Part shown: one piece after another, positions 28,720 to 39,595 of the stretch
How positions within the stretch are numbered: position 1 is the first letter of the stretch
Layout: each line of letters starts with the position of its first letter
Assembly (NCBI GenBank): GCA_041690595.1
Contig: JAWLHB010000043.1
Span: forward strand, 1-64,000
DNA: 64,000 nucleotides
Source: Lentisphaeria bacterium
GTDB lineage: Bacteria; Verrucomicrobiota; Lentisphaeria; JABSQK01; JAWLHB01
Direction: 5' to 3'
Notes under the pieces: generated by a model
Databases searched by the model: none
The model's input: the letters and a program-made list of their open reading frames with translations, nothing else
Told to the model about the DNA's origin: nothing
Program-made: the position numbers and the translations under genes

Positions 28720-30963
28720 TCAGGCGTTGCGCTGGTCGTTGCCCTCGGCGGCTTCCGGCGCCTTCGCCTTCACCACCTCGATGCGTGGACCGTTGACTCT
28801 GGTAATGCGGACATAATCCCCTTTAAGAATATAATCACCGGCGCTGACTACATCCAGTCGGCGTCCCTGTATGCGGGCCATGCCGGAAGGACGCAGATCG
28901 GTCATGGCCAGGCCCGATGCTCCAATCAACGCCTCGTTGCCGCTGACATCGACCCCCACATATCCCTCATCCGCCCGCTGATTGGAGAGCAGGACCAGCT
29001 TGCTGAAGGGGCCGGTACGCGGCAGGTACTTGGCGAGAAACCAGAAGCCGATAACGGAAATGACAAGCGTCACCGCCAGGTTGAGCAACGCGCCCTCGAC
29101 AAACGGCTGCAAGGAACTCAGGCGCTGCAGCTCGTCGGTGAGCTTGGGAACCTTCGGCAAGTTTGGAATCATGACCAGAACCACACCCGTCAGGATGCAG
29201 CCAATACCAATCATGCCCACAAAGCCGAAGCCGGGGATAACGAAAAGTTCGACGATGAGCAGAATAATGCCCAGCCCGATGAGCGCCATATCTTCGTACC
29301 CCGCCAGGCCGGCCACATAATGGCCAAAGAGCAGTATACCCAGGCAGGTCAAGGCGATGACGCCGGGCACGCCGAAACCAGGGGTGTTGACCTCCGTATA
29401 GAAGCCAATGAAGAAGCCGATCATCAGGAGTGGTGCAAGGGCCGTGATCCATCGGGCAAGCTTGTCCACCGAGGTCAGCGTCACCTCCTTCACGGTGACG
29501 CCTTCAATCCCGACGAAGTCCATCAGCGCCTCGACATCGAGAACGACTCCCGAGGCAAAAAGGGGCTTGCCGAGGGTTGGATAGTATTCGGCAGCTTCAA
29601 CAGCGGTGAGAGAAAGCAGCTCTCCTTCCTCGCAGACAACGCGATCGCCGATCACCACGCGCTTGGAGCGGTCGATGAAGGCTTCCGCCAGTTCCGGATG
29701 ATAGCCATTTTCCTCCGCCAGAGCGCGAGCCATGCCCCGCAGATGAGACATCATCTTTTCCTGAAAATCTTCGTTCGGCTGCTCCGCGCTCATCCCCATA
29801 ACGGGCATGGCGGAACCAAGATTGCTGCCGGGAGACATGAAGACCGCATTGCTGGCAAGAGAGATGATCGCGCCGGCGCTGGCGCCCCAGCCATCGACGA
29901 AAACGTAGACAGGGGAGCGCTGCTTAGCCTCACGCATCATGTCGATGATCTCCTTGGTGAGATCGACCTGCCCGCCCGGTGTATCCATGTGAATGACGAT
30001 AGCCTTCAGATCCTCGATCTGCTTGGCCTCACGGAATGCACGGCGCAGGGGAATGATCAAGGCTTTGTCGATGGGGCCCACCAATGGAACGACCAGCACC
30101 GTCCCCTCGGTGACGCCAAGCTTCTTGAACGTCCATGCTTCCGGCGTGAGCTGCGGCTGGTCAGAGCCTTGGAGCTCGGCCACCTCGGCGGCCACCAGCC
30201 CTTCGGCGCTGGGCAACATCAATTCGGCATTGGTGATACCCACGACATCCAGAATGGCCGGCACGTTGTCTACCATGGCCGCGGCGAAAAGGGGACGCCC
30301 CAGCTCGGGATAAACGCGGGTCGCCTCGCGTGCCGTCATACTGAGCAGTCTTCCTTCCGGGGAGATGATTTCATCACCGATTTGCAGGATATGCGTGGGG
30401 TCGACCAGCGCCATGGCCAGCTCGCGGTTGTGCCCATTGTCATCAGCCAGACCGCGCACGCGGACCCGTGCCTCCGCCAGCAGCCCCTCGTCATCTTCGG
30501 AGGGATCGTCCGCCCCTGCACTGCTCGCCCATCGAGATCCGGCGGGGCCAATGTAGCTGCCGCTGGCCATGAAGATGGCATCGCTGGCCAGGCACAACAG
30601 CGTCCCCACGCCACTTGTGCGTTTCGAGATGAAGGCGTAGATGGGAAGGTTTTTACCCGTTTCGCGCAGGGCCGCAAGCAACAGGTCGACATTGCTGCTG
30701 GTGGCTTTGGTCAAGAGGCCGATATCGAGGACAATGGCGCGCACGTCCTCGGTGGAAGCGGCGGTCCTCAGCGCCCTCACAAGATGCTGGGTTGCGGCGT
30801 CATCCAAGCCATGGCGCATTGGAATCACGACCACCTGACCGCCTTCCACGTTCAGCTTGTCGAATTCCCATGAGTCGCCATTCGCCGACTGAGCGTGGAG
30901 AGAGGGGGAGAGCGCACACCCACACATGATGAGAATAAGGAGAGCGCGATGTAGGATGATCAT
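28720..30963 (-). CDS. NfeD-like membrane-bound serine protease with two ClpP-like domains
   Basis: DTPGG, ASAGAIISLA, EVNTPGFG, ELFVIPGFG and C-terminal TDLRPSG OB domain. Confidence 0.88.
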   Translation of the reverse strand: MIILHRALLILIMCGCALSPSLHAQSANGDSWEFDKLNVEGGQVVVIPMRHGLDDAATQHLVRALRTAASTEDVRAIVLDIGLLTKATSSNVDLLLAALRETGKNLPIYAFISKRTSGVGTLLCLASDAIFMASGSYIGPAGSRWASSAGADDPSEDDEGLLAEARVRVRGLADDNGHNRELAMALVDPTHILQIGDEIISPEGRLLSMTAREATRVYPELGRPLFAAAMVDNVPAILDVVGITNAELMLPSAEGLVAAEVAELQGSDQPQLTPEAWTFKKLGVTEGTVLVVPLVGPIDKALIIPLRRAFREAKQIEDLKAIVIHMDTPGGQVDLTKEIIDMMREAKQRSPVYVFVDGWGASAGAIISLASNAVFMSPGSNLGSAMPVMGMSAEQPNEDFQEKMMSHLRGMARALAEENGYHPELAEAFIDRSKRVVIGDRVVCEEGELLSLTAVEAAEYYPTLGKPLFASGVVLDVEALMDFVGIEGVTVKEVTLTSVDKLARWITALAPLLMIGFFIGFYTEVNTPGFGVPGVIALTCLGILLFGHYVAGLAGYEDMALIGLGIILLIVELFVIPGFGFVGMIGIGCILTGVVLVMIPNLPKVPKLTDELQRLSSLQPFVEGALLNLAVTLVISVIGFWFLAKYLPRTGPFSKLVLLSNQRADEGYVGVDVSGNEALIGASGLAMTDLRPSGMARIQGRRLDVVSAGDYILKGDYVRITRVNGPRIEVVKAKAPEAAEGNDQRNA

Positions 30964-31033
30964 GACCGGGGCATACCTTGCACTGAGAGGATTGGGTTGG
31001 GACGCTGCCGAATGCTGCGCGCCAGGCGCCGAA

Positions 31034-33985
31034 TCAACCGGGTTCTACGATAGTGGGCTCTGCTTCGTCGGGGACATCCGCATCGGAATCGTCCTCTCTT
31101 CGCGGCGGTGCCGGCAGCACGGGTGCATCGTCATGCTGATGAATCAGGCGATGCACAAGTAGAATCACCAGAAAACCGATGGCATGCAGGAAGGTCACCA
31201 ATGGCCACAGCAGGTGTTCATCGGCACCGATGGCGGTCCCCTGCAGCACGACAAAGCCGATCACGCCGAAGCTCCAGCCGAGGGTGCAGGCGAATCGCGC
31301 GGGCAACTCCAGCCCATCATGGTTGAAGAGGTCAATGATAATCCAGACCAGAGTCACGACGATCAGGGGATGGAGGAATGGATACTGCTGGACAAGGCCT
31401 CCCAGCAGTAATCCGGCGATCTGGTGCACCAGATAAACCAGGGGTGAACTGACAATAAGAAACGCCAGCAGGGTCAGTCGCGGTGATCGGCCCACCGCAA
31501 TCATCTGGGACTCAAAGCGGTTGAACCGCTTGCCGCGGCTCAGCACGACCAGCACCAGCGACATAACCAGCAGGACTGATGAAAGGCCAAGCCCGCGTAC
31601 GGCACCGGCAATCGTCAACTCACTCAAGGGAAAAAGGACCTCTCGCCACTGGAACCAGAAAAAGAAGGCCCAGAAGACGGCCAACGCAGCCAGGACACGG
31701 CGGCTGATGGTATTGGCCTGACGGCGGCCATGCACCTTGGCGCGATTGGGAAACTCCATGGCATACTGCCAAAGGTTCGAGGGGGTCAACTGCTGAGGGA
31801 TCATCAGAAATTCCTCCCAGGCCCGCGCGGCTTTGTGGTAGCGCCCTTTCTTCTCCAGCTCGATGGCAGAGTTGTATCGCTTGACGATCTCGTGATTGCC
31901 GGCGGTGCGCAGCTTCTCACTGAGGCGCCGCCATGCGACAGAGTCGCTTTTCTTCAGTGCACCCAGCGAGTTCACGATGTTGTCCCACTGATTGCGCTTC
32001 ACCCAGTCACCGACGCTCTGTTCGATGGTGGCGGTGAGGGCTTTATCGATCTTGATGATGCGATCCTGCGCCGCACGATCGCCGGATGCGGGGGTGATTT
32101 CGCTGTTGTTTGGCGGCAGGCGGAACTTGGCCATCTGCTTGACCAGGATCAACGCTTCCGAGAAGCGTCCTTCGCGGATAGCCTTCTCGGTCTCTTCGAT
32201 TGCCTCCTCGCGCTTTTCTATCAGTTCCCGGCAGGTCGCGGAGAGACGGCTGCGGCGATTTCCGAGTTCCCCGCCCTTCCATGGAGCGGTGGCGTCGATC
32301 ACTTCCTGCGCATGAGTGATGCAGTTCATGCCGGCAGCCAGCCCCGCCTGGGTGAGGGAGTTGTCCAGGTCATGCTCGATATGCAGGAGCTGCTGATTGA
32401 CCACATGGCAGACATCATCACCGAAGACCTGGTTGAGGTAGCGGATGGTCTCGGTGAATCGAGCCAGGTTGAAGTCCTGCTTTGCCCGATTGGCTGCTTC
32501 GATCAGCATCTGCTTGAGTTCCTGCAGCATGCTGGAGAAACTGCTCGAAACCTTGAAGTCGGCGCTTTCGGAGAGGCATTCCTCGGGGACCATTTTCTGC
32601 AGTTCCACCGCCAGCTCGATGGCCTTCTCGATATTATACACGCGCAGGGCCGAGTCGAGTTCCATCAGCAGATTTCGTCGTCGGAGGATGGCCTCACGCC
32701 ATTCCTTGTACAACTGGCGCGCTTCGGGACTGGCATTGCGAGTGGTCTCATTGAGATAATTGAGCGCGGTTTCAAACTCGCAGAAGCTGGCGTGATTCTT
32801 CGCGGTCGAGAGCATGGTGGCGGATTCTTCCACCAGCTTGACATCGACGCCGCATCCCGGGCAGTGCTGCAAGCCGACGCGGTAGAGAGTTCCGCAGTTG
32901 GGGCAGTTGTCCAGCCCCGAGGCGCCGCAGTGAATGCAGTACTTCGCCGAATCGGGGCTTGTCTGTTCGCAGTTGCGGCATACCCAGAAAGCCTGAGTGG
33001 TGTTGACGTCGACACTCGGCTGGGGATCGATGGCGGCACTTCGGCTGACGACCTCCTCCTCTTCGTCGAGCTTGTCCAGGTCGAGGAGGAAATCGCCGAC
33101 GGTGGGATAACGTTCATCCGGCTTGGCGGCCAGGGCCTTGCCGATGATTTCGGCGAGATCCTTGTCGAGGTCGTGCTCACGGAAATAGCGGGGGGATCGG
33201 CCACTGATGGCGTACCAGAAGACGCCGGCCATGGCATAGATGTCAGCGCGTACGTCGACGGCGCTGGCATCGCCCCATTGTTCCGGGGCACAGTATTCGG
33301 GGGTGCCCAGGATGGATCCGGCGAGGGTGATTTCCTCTGACTTGGCCAGATTGATGGGCCGAGCCAAGCCGAAATCGACGAGCTTGGGTTCGAAATCGAC
33401 GTTGAGGAGGATGTTAGTGGGCTTGATATCGCGATGGATGATACCCTGGTTGTGGGCGTATTGCAGGGCATTGCAGACGCGCCGCATCAGGGTGATGGCC
33501 ATCTCCGGTTCCATCGGGCCATGCGCATTGACGTACTGATGCAAGTTCAGCGGCATGGTTGGGTTCGACGGCTTTGCCTTCTCGCTGAGCACCGGCCCCG
33601 CGACGTACTCCATGACGATATAATGGCCTTCCTGATCCTGGCCAATATCGAAGATGTTGACGATGTTGTAGTGGCCGAGGGCGGCAATAGTCTGCGCTTC
33701 CCGCAGAAAACGACGCTGGACCGTACGCGCATTGTAGGACTTGACTACCAGTCGCTTGATGGCGACGTTGCGCTCGAGTCTCTGATCCATGGCGAGGTAG
33801 ACGACGCCCATGCCGCCAGTGCCGATCTGTTTGACCAGCTTGTAGCGCCCTTCGACGAGGGTATCGGGTATCTGTTCGCGAGGCGACTGACCGCTGAAGG
33901 TCGTACGGCCGACGTTGCGCTCAGCCCCATCGGCACGAATGGTATCATATCGACTATCGAGGGAATGTCCCTTGGATGCATCCAT
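31034..33985 (-). CDS. Hanks-type Ser/Thr kinase with double zinc ribbon and C-terminal TM bundle
   Basis: IGTGGMGVVY, VAIK, HRDIKPTN, DFGLA, GTPEYCAPEQ; four CxxC; several C-terminal TM helices. Confidence 0.92.
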   Translation of the reverse strand: MDASKGHSLDSRYDTIRADGAERNVGRTTFSGQSPREQIPDTLVEGRYKLVKQIGTGGMGVVYLAMDQRLERNVAIKRLVVKSYNARTVQRRFLREAQTIAALGHYNIVNIFDIGQDQEGHYIVMEYVAGPVLSEKAKPSNPTMPLNLHQYVNAHGPMEPEMAITLMRRVCNALQYAHNQGIIHRDIKPTNILLNVDFEPKLVDFGLARPINLAKSEEITLAGSILGTPEYCAPEQWGDASAVDVRADIYAMAGVFWYAISGRSPRYFREHDLDKDLAEIIGKALAAKPDERYPTVGDFLLDLDKLDEEEEVVSRSAAIDPQPSVDVNTTQAFWVCRNCEQTSPDSAKYCIHCGASGLDNCPNCGTLYRVGLQHCPGCGVDVKLVEESATMLSTAKNHASFCEFETALNYLNETTRNASPEARQLYKEWREAILRRRNLLMELDSALRVYNIEKAIELAVELQKMVPEECLSESADFKVSSSFSSMLQELKQMLIEAANRAKQDFNLARFTETIRYLNQVFGDDVCHVVNQQLLHIEHDLDNSLTQAGLAAGMNCITHAQEVIDATAPWKGGELGNRRSRLSATCRELIEKREEAIEETEKAIREGRFSEALILVKQMAKFRLPPNNSEITPASGDRAAQDRIIKIDKALTATIEQSVGDWVKRNQWDNIVNSLGALKKSDSVAWRRLSEKLRTAGNHEIVKRYNSAIELEKKGRYHKAARAWEEFLMIPQQLTPSNLWQYAMEFPNRAKVHGRRQANTISRRVLAALAVFWAFFFWFQWREVLFPLSELTIAGAVRGLGLSSVLLVMSLVLVVLSRGKRFNRFESQMIAVGRSPRLTLLAFLIVSSPLVYLVHQIAGLLLGGLVQQYPFLHPLIVVTLVWIIIDLFNHDGLELPARFACTLGWSFGVIGFVVLQGTAIGADEHLLWPLVTFLHAIGFLVILLVHRLIHQHDDAPVLPAPPRREDDSDADVPDEAEPTIVEPG

Positions 33986-34231
33986 ACTCGTTTCGACCCC
34001 ACGAGCTTGCGTTCTGAAGATATGGCCTGCGCTCAGGATTCCCGGCCGCCGTTAAAGTACCACGGCTTCGACTACTATTCAACGAATTTCCTCTGTCAAC
34101 GATTTCAATTTGCCTGACGGATGATAGATTAGGAACTTGCGTTTTCTCGTATCCTCGAATTCGCCCCGGAGCTTATCATTTGAGTCGCATCCAGGAATGC
34201 CGCCTCCGGCCAACCGTAGTTGAGACCTTTC

Positions 34232-37201
34232 ATGCACTATCGAATAGAAGTCGCCCCTCTTCCAAACCAGGTGGACGCTCGCGGCAAAGCGGTCGTCCAT
34301 CAGGCCGAGACCTTCCTGGGAACCGGCATTCGCCAGGTCACGACCCGGGATGTGTACAGCCTGTTTGCCGATATCAATGACGAGCAGGCGGAACGCATTG
34401 CCGCGGAGTTCACGAATCCGGTCATACAGCAGTATGCGATGGGATCGTCCTCGACGTATTCCTTCGACTGGCTGATCATGGTGGGTTATCTTCCAGGCGT
34501 TACGGACAATGTTGCCCGTACGGCGCACGATGCGATCCGCGACATCATCGGCCGGCCGCTTCGCCCTCATGAGGCCGTCTTCAGTTCCGTGGAATACCTG
34601 GTTTCGGCGCCGGCGGTCAAACGCCAGGAGATCGAGCGCATTGCGGAGGAGTTGCTGGCGAACCGTCTGATTCAGAGCATCGATGTGCGTAGCGCCGAGG
34701 ACGTGGCGAGCAACGGCATCCCGGTCAACCGGCCGGAATTTGTGGCCGTGGGTGAATGCGCGATTGAAACGATCGATCTGGATGTGACGGACGGGGCCCT
34801 GCAACGCATCAGCGACAGTCGGACCCTGGCGTTGAGTCTCGGCGAGATGAAAGCGATTCAGGGGTATTTCCTTGAGGTGGCCAGCGATCCCGGACGCATC
34901 GCCCTCGGGCTTGGCGCGCAGCCCACCGACGCGGAACTGGAGGCCATTGCGCAGACGTGGTCAGAGCACTGCAAGCACAAGATTTTCGATGCCATCATCG
35001 ACTATGAAGACGACGCGGGGAAGCAGGAGCGGATCGACAGCTGCTTCAAGAGTTTCATCCGCAAGAGCACGGAGGAGATCGGCAAGGAGATCCCGTGGCT
35101 GCGTTCTGTCTTCGTGGATAATGCGGGGGTGATCGGTTTCAACGACAAGGTGGACCTGGTCTACAAGGTAGAGACGCACAACAGCCCGTCCGCGCTGGAT
35201 CCTTACGGCGGTGCCATGACGGGGATCGTGGGGGTCAATCGCGATCCGCTGGGCACCGGCATGGGGGCCAATCTGCTGATCAACGTCTGGGGCTACTGCC
35301 TGGCCTCGCCGTTCACGGGGACGGACGAGGTACCGGAAGGTCTGCTCCATCCCCGGCGCATCCGGGACGGCGTCCACCAGGGTGTGATCGAAGGTGGCAA
35401 CCAAAGCGGGATTCCGTATGGCTACGGCTGGGAGTTCTTCGAGCCGCGCTACCTGGGGAAACCCCTCGTCTTCTGCGGCACGGTTGGCCTGCTGCCCCGC
35501 ACGCTGGGAGACAAACCCGGCCATGCCAAGTCCATCCAGCCTGGCGACCTGATCGTCATGGCAGGTGGACGCATCGGCAAGGACGGCATCCATGGTGCCA
35601 CCTTCTCCAGCGAAGAATTGCACGCAGAGTCGCCGGCGCAGGCGGTTCAGATCGGGGACCCGATCACGCAGAAGAAACTGGCTGATTTTACGATCGAGGC
35701 GCGGGACAAGATCCTTTACCGCTTCATTACCGACAACGGGGCCGGCGGTCTCTCCAGCAGCATCGGCGAGATGGCTACCCAGTGCGGCGGCTGTGATCTC
35801 GACCTGGCCAAGGCGCCGCTGAAGTACCAGGGGCTCCGCCCGTGGGAGATCCTCGTCAGCGAGTCGCAGGAGCGCATGAGCTATGCGGTCCCGCCGGAAT
35901 GCATTGCGGAGTTCCGCGCGCTGGCCGCTCGTCGCGAAGTCGAGGTGACAGTGCTGGGCACCTTCACGGATTCCGGTTATTTTCACATCCGTCACGGCGA
36001 CGCGACGGTGGTATACGTGAAGCTGGATTTCCTTCATGACGGTTATCCCCGCCTGCAGTTGAAGGCGAAGTGGCAGCCGCCCGTGCACGAGGAGCCGGAG
36101 ATCCCGCACGAAGAGGATGTGGACGACCTTCTCAGGCGCATGATCGGCAGGCTGAACGTCTGCTCCGGGGAGAAGAAGGCGCGTCAATACGACCATGAAG
36201 TGAAGGGTCTGAGCGTGATCAAGCCCTTTGTGGGGGTGGCGAACGACGTCAGCAGCGATGCAACGCTCTTCATGGTGGAGCCGCTCAGCAAGGAAGGGAT
36301 CATCCTGAGCTATGGCATTCAGCCGCGCTACTCGGACATCGACACGTATCACATGACGGCCTCGGTGATCGACCTGGCACTGCGCCGCATCATCGCGGTG
36401 GGGGGGAAGCTTGGGCATATTGCCGCGCTGGACAACTTCTGCTGGCCCGACCCGGTGCAGAGCGAGAAGACCATGGACGGGGAGTACAAGCTCGCGCAGC
36501 TGGTGCGCGCCAATCAAGCACTTTACGATTATACCCGCGCCTTCAAGCTCCCATGCGTATCGGGCAAGGACAGCATGAAGAATGACAGCACTCGTGGCGG
36601 CCGCAAGATCTCCATCCCCCCCACCCTGCTCTTCTCGGCCGTGGCGCGTATGGAGGACATCACCAAAGCGGTCACCATTGAAGCGAAGCGGGTCGGCGAT
36701 CTTGTCTATGTGATCGGCGACACGCATCGCGAGCTGGGCGGCAGTGAGTTGTTCGCCATGCTCGGCGCGGTGGGCAACGATGTGCCGCGGGTGAATGCGG
36801 CACAGGCACTGATCACATACGAAGCCATTTCGAAGGCTATCGAGCAGGGACTCTGCCGCTCGGTCCATACCCCAGCGCTGGGCGGCCTTGCCATTGGATT
36901 TGCCAAGGTTGCCATGGGTGGACGTCTGGGCATGGAGATCGATCTGGCGGCGATTCCACGGCAAGGGGAGCTGGAACCGGTCGAGCTGCTCTTCAGCGAA
37001 AGCAACAGCCGTTTCATCGTGACGCTTTCGAAGGTCCACAAGGAGGCTTTCGAGGCGTTACTGAACGAGGTGCCGCACGCTTGCGTCGGGACAACCACCT
37101 ACGACAACGCGATCACCTTCTATGATGGCGATTCGCTTGAGACCGCGGTGGAGCTGGAAGATTTGATTGATGCATACAAACTGACTTTGAGTGAACTGTA
37201 G
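34232..37201 (+). CDS. purL: Phosphoribosylformylglycinamidine synthase subunit PurL (PurS-like N-terminus)
   Basis: QTWSEHCKHK, KVETHNSPS, DNGAGG, SESQERM and SGKDSM. Confidence 0.95.
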   Translation: MHYRIEVAPLPNQVDARGKAVVHQAETFLGTGIRQVTTRDVYSLFADINDEQAERIAAEFTNPVIQQYAMGSSSTYSFDWLIMVGYLPGVTDNVARTAHDAIRDIIGRPLRPHEAVFSSVEYLVSAPAVKRQEIERIAEELLANRLIQSIDVRSAEDVASNGIPVNRPEFVAVGECAIETIDLDVTDGALQRISDSRTLALSLGEMKAIQGYFLEVASDPGRIALGLGAQPTDAELEAIAQTWSEHCKHKIFDAIIDYEDDAGKQERIDSCFKSFIRKSTEEIGKEIPWLRSVFVDNAGVIGFNDKVDLVYKVETHNSPSALDPYGGAMTGIVGVNRDPLGTGMGANLLINVWGYCLASPFTGTDEVPEGLLHPRRIRDGVHQGVIEGGNQSGIPYGYGWEFFEPRYLGKPLVFCGTVGLLPRTLGDKPGHAKSIQPGDLIVMAGGRIGKDGIHGATFSSEELHAESPAQAVQIGDPITQKKLADFTIEARDKILYRFITDNGAGGLSSSIGEMATQCGGCDLDLAKAPLKYQGLRPWEILVSESQERMSYAVPPECIAEFRALAARREVEVTVLGTFTDSGYFHIRHGDATVVYVKLDFLHDGYPRLQLKAKWQPPVHEEPEIPHEEDVDDLLRRMIGRLNVCSGEKKARQYDHEVKGLSVIKPFVGVANDVSSDATLFMVEPLSKEGIILSYGIQPRYSDIDTYHMTASVIDLALRRIIAVGGKLGHIAALDNFCWPDPVQSEKTMDGEYKLAQLVRANQALYDYTRAFKLPCVSGKDSMKNDSTRGGRKISIPPTLLFSAVARMEDITKAVTIEAKRVGDLVYVIGDTHRELGGSELFAMLGAVGNDVPRVNAAQALITYEAISKAIEQGLCRSVHTPALGGLAIGFAKVAMGGRLGMEIDLAAIPRQGELEPVELLFSESNSRFIVTLSKVHKEAFEALLNEVPHACVGTTTYDNAITFYDGDSLETAVELEDLIDAYKLTLSEL

Positions 37202-37211
37202 GATAGCGACC

Positions 37212-38024
37212 ATGAGCGATACTGTGCGCGTGCTCATCATCACCGGCTTCGGACTCAACTGCGAAGTCGAGACGGCGGCGGCCTTCCGCGCCGCCGGCGC
37301 CAGCCCCCGGCAGGTGCATCTCAATGACCTGATCGCCAACAGCGATCAGCTTCGCGACTATCAGATCCTTGCCTTCATCGGCGGTTTTTCGTTCGGTGAT
37401 CATCTTGGCGCGGGAACGGTCTTTGCCAATCGTCTCAAGCATAACATCCGTGAGGAATTGCATCAGTTCATCAAGGATGGGAAGCTGGTCATCGGCATCT
37501 GCAACGGCTTTCAGACGCTGACGCGTCTTGGGCTGCTGCCGGCGATCGATGGCGAGTATTTTGTGCCGCGGACGGCGCTGGCGCCGAACGATCAAGGGGT
37601 CTTTCGGGACGCCTGGGTCACACTGGGCGCCAACCCCGAGTCGCCGTGCATATTCACGCGCGGGATCGATCTGCTTCCGCTGCCGGTGCGCCACGGGGAG
37701 GGCAAATTCGTGACATCCGACAAGGAATTGCTCGCGGCTCTGGAAGAGCGGCAGCTGGTGGCCTTGCGTTACGTCGACCCTGAGACGGGTCAAGCCACGC
37801 AGGAATATCCGTACAATCCAAACGGCTCGGAGAATGCGATCGCGGGGATCTGCGATGAAACGGGCCGCGTGTTCGGCTTGATGCCGCACCCGGAAGCTTA
37901 TCTTTCGCCGTACAACCATCCGCATTGGCAGCGCCAGATGATCAACGGTGTGTTGCCTGAAGAAGGTTTGGGGCAGAAGATCTTTCGCAATGCGGTGGCT
38001 TACGCGGAAAAGACCTTGATCTGA
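37212..38024 (+). CDS. purQ: FGAM synthase glutaminase subunit
   Basis: GGFSFGD, GICNGFQ, HGEG, NPNGS and MPHPE. Confidence 0.95.
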   Translation: MSDTVRVLIITGFGLNCEVETAAAFRAAGASPRQVHLNDLIANSDQLRDYQILAFIGGFSFGDHLGAGTVFANRLKHNIREELHQFIKDGKLVIGICNGFQTLTRLGLLPAIDGEYFVPRTALAPNDQGVFRDAWVTLGANPESPCIFTRGIDLLPLPVRHGEGKFVTSDKELLAALEERQLVALRYVDPETGQATQEYPYNPNGSENAIAGICDETGRVFGLMPHPEAYLSPYNHPHWQRQMINGVLPEEGLGQKIFRNAVAYAEKTLI

Positions 38025-38050
38025 GGCAGCCGCCGGAGGGGGAGCACGGC

Positions 38051-39592
38051 ATGTACGATCGCCTCAAGCAGTACCTGCCGCTGCTGGTTGCCCTCGCTGT
38101 ATGGGGAGGCATGATCGCCCTGCAGCTCTTTCCGAGCAATTACCTGCACGGGACGGACGGCTATTATCACGTTCGGGTGTCGCAGGTGATGGTCGAGCAG
38201 GGGATGGATCTGGAGAGTTTTCCGTATGCGACGGAATCGATCTGGTCGAATCGTTTCTTCGACAAGGAGTGGCTGTTCCATGTCTACCTGATGCCGTTCC
38301 TGGGTCTAGGGCTTCTGCGCGGCGCTCAGGTCGCGGTGCTGTTGCTCAACCTCGGTATCGTGCTGGCGCTCTGGTATGGGTGCCGGCGGATGGGGCTTCG
38401 ACAACCGGGCTGGCTCATTGCGCTGCTGCCGTTCCTGGCGTACACGGCCCTTTGGGAGCGCCTTCTGCTCTGCCGTCCCCACCTCTTCTCGATCATCCTG
38501 CTCTTTCTCGCCTTCGGCGCCATGGTGAGCCGGCGACGGCTCCTGCTGGGGCTGATCAGCTTGGTCTACGCGCTCAGCTATACCGGCCACTGGCAGTTGC
38601 TCGGGCTGGTCTTCATCTACGATTGCCTGTATGGCTTTCTTGATGAAGAGGGGCGACGTCGCGAGCGTTTCCTTCGCGGTGTGCCGCTGCTGGTGCCTGC
38701 CTTTGTCGGCATGGCAATCGGAGAGATCATTCACCCGCAGTTCCCCACCAACATCATCGGCCTCTACATCCAGAATGTGCGGGTACTCTGGCAGTACTGG
38801 CAGGGGCAGAGCAGCGAAATCCTCTTCATGATGCGGCCAGACGAAATGCGCGCCTATCCAATGGGCGAGTTTTTCGTGCACCTCTGGTTCATCCTGGCGG
38901 GGCTGGTCGCTGCCGGCATCTACCTGATGCACCGGCGGCCGCGGCTGGACCGGACGCTGGTTTTCATGGCGATCTGCACAGCGGGTTACCTCTTCATGAC
39001 GTGGCGGAGCAAGCGTTTCACGGAATACTTCGTGGCAGTCGCGGTGGTCTTTCTCGGGCTATGCTGGGAGCGTTACGAGCTTGGCAAGAAGCTGAAGTGG
39101 CGGGGGCTCAAGGGGCTGGGCGCGGTTCTCGTGGGGGCGCTTGTGGTTACCGTGGTCTACCAGGCGGGAGAACGGGCACGGCATCTGTCCGGGCCACTCC
39201 AGCAGGCGTACAACCGCCAACCTTTCCAAGTGGCCGGGGAGTGGCTGGCCGAGCACGGTGCCGAGGGTGAGATCGTCTTTGCGACCTCATGGAGCGACAA
39301 TCCGTTCCTCTGGTTTCAGGCACCCGAGCAACGCTACCTGGTCTTTCTCGATCCGTACTTCATGTACGCACAATCGCCAGAGCGTTTCGCGCTGTGGCAC
39401 CAGACGCGTATTGGCCTGATCGAAGAGCCAATCGAGGTGATCCGTGTTATCTTCGGAGCGCGCTACGTCTTCACGCAACGCAATCACAATTTTCAGCTCC
39501 TGATCGACTATCTGGATGGCGCGCCGGGCGTGGAGCGGGTTGTGGATAAGGCATCGTATCTGCTGTATCGATTGCCGGCTCCGCCACCGTGA
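38051..39592 (+). CDS. Polytopic membrane protein, probable GT-C fold glycosyltransferase
   Basis: DGYYH after the first TM, RPH motif, about 11 TM helices and a C-terminal periplasmic domain. Confidence 0.6.
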   Translation: MYDRLKQYLPLLVALAVWGGMIALQLFPSNYLHGTDGYYHVRVSQVMVEQGMDLESFPYATESIWSNRFFDKEWLFHVYLMPFLGLGLLRGAQVAVLLLNLGIVLALWYGCRRMGLRQPGWLIALLPFLAYTALWERLLLCRPHLFSIILLFLAFGAMVSRRRLLLGLISLVYALSYTGHWQLLGLVFIYDCLYGFLDEEGRRRERFLRGVPLLVPAFVGMAIGEIIHPQFPTNIIGLYIQNVRVLWQYWQGQSSEILFMMRPDEMRAYPMGEFFVHLWFILAGLVAAGIYLMHRRPRLDRTLVFMAICTAGYLFMTWRSKRFTEYFVAVAVVFLGLCWERYELGKKLKWRGLKGLGAVLVGALVVTVVYQAGERARHLSGPLQQAYNRQPFQVAGEWLAEHGAEGEIVFATSWSDNPFLWFQAPEQRYLVFLDPYFMYAQSPERFALWHQTRIGLIEEPIEVIRVIFGARYVFTQRNHNFQLLIDYLDGAPGVERVVDKASYLLYRLPAPPP

Positions 39593-39595
39593 CGA

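Noticed and set aside
28696..30873. 725-aa plus-strand ORF
   Set aside because: Antisense to the well-supported NfeD gene; typical GC-rich shadow frame.
34961..37039. 692-aa minus-strand ORF
   Set aside because: Antisense to purL.
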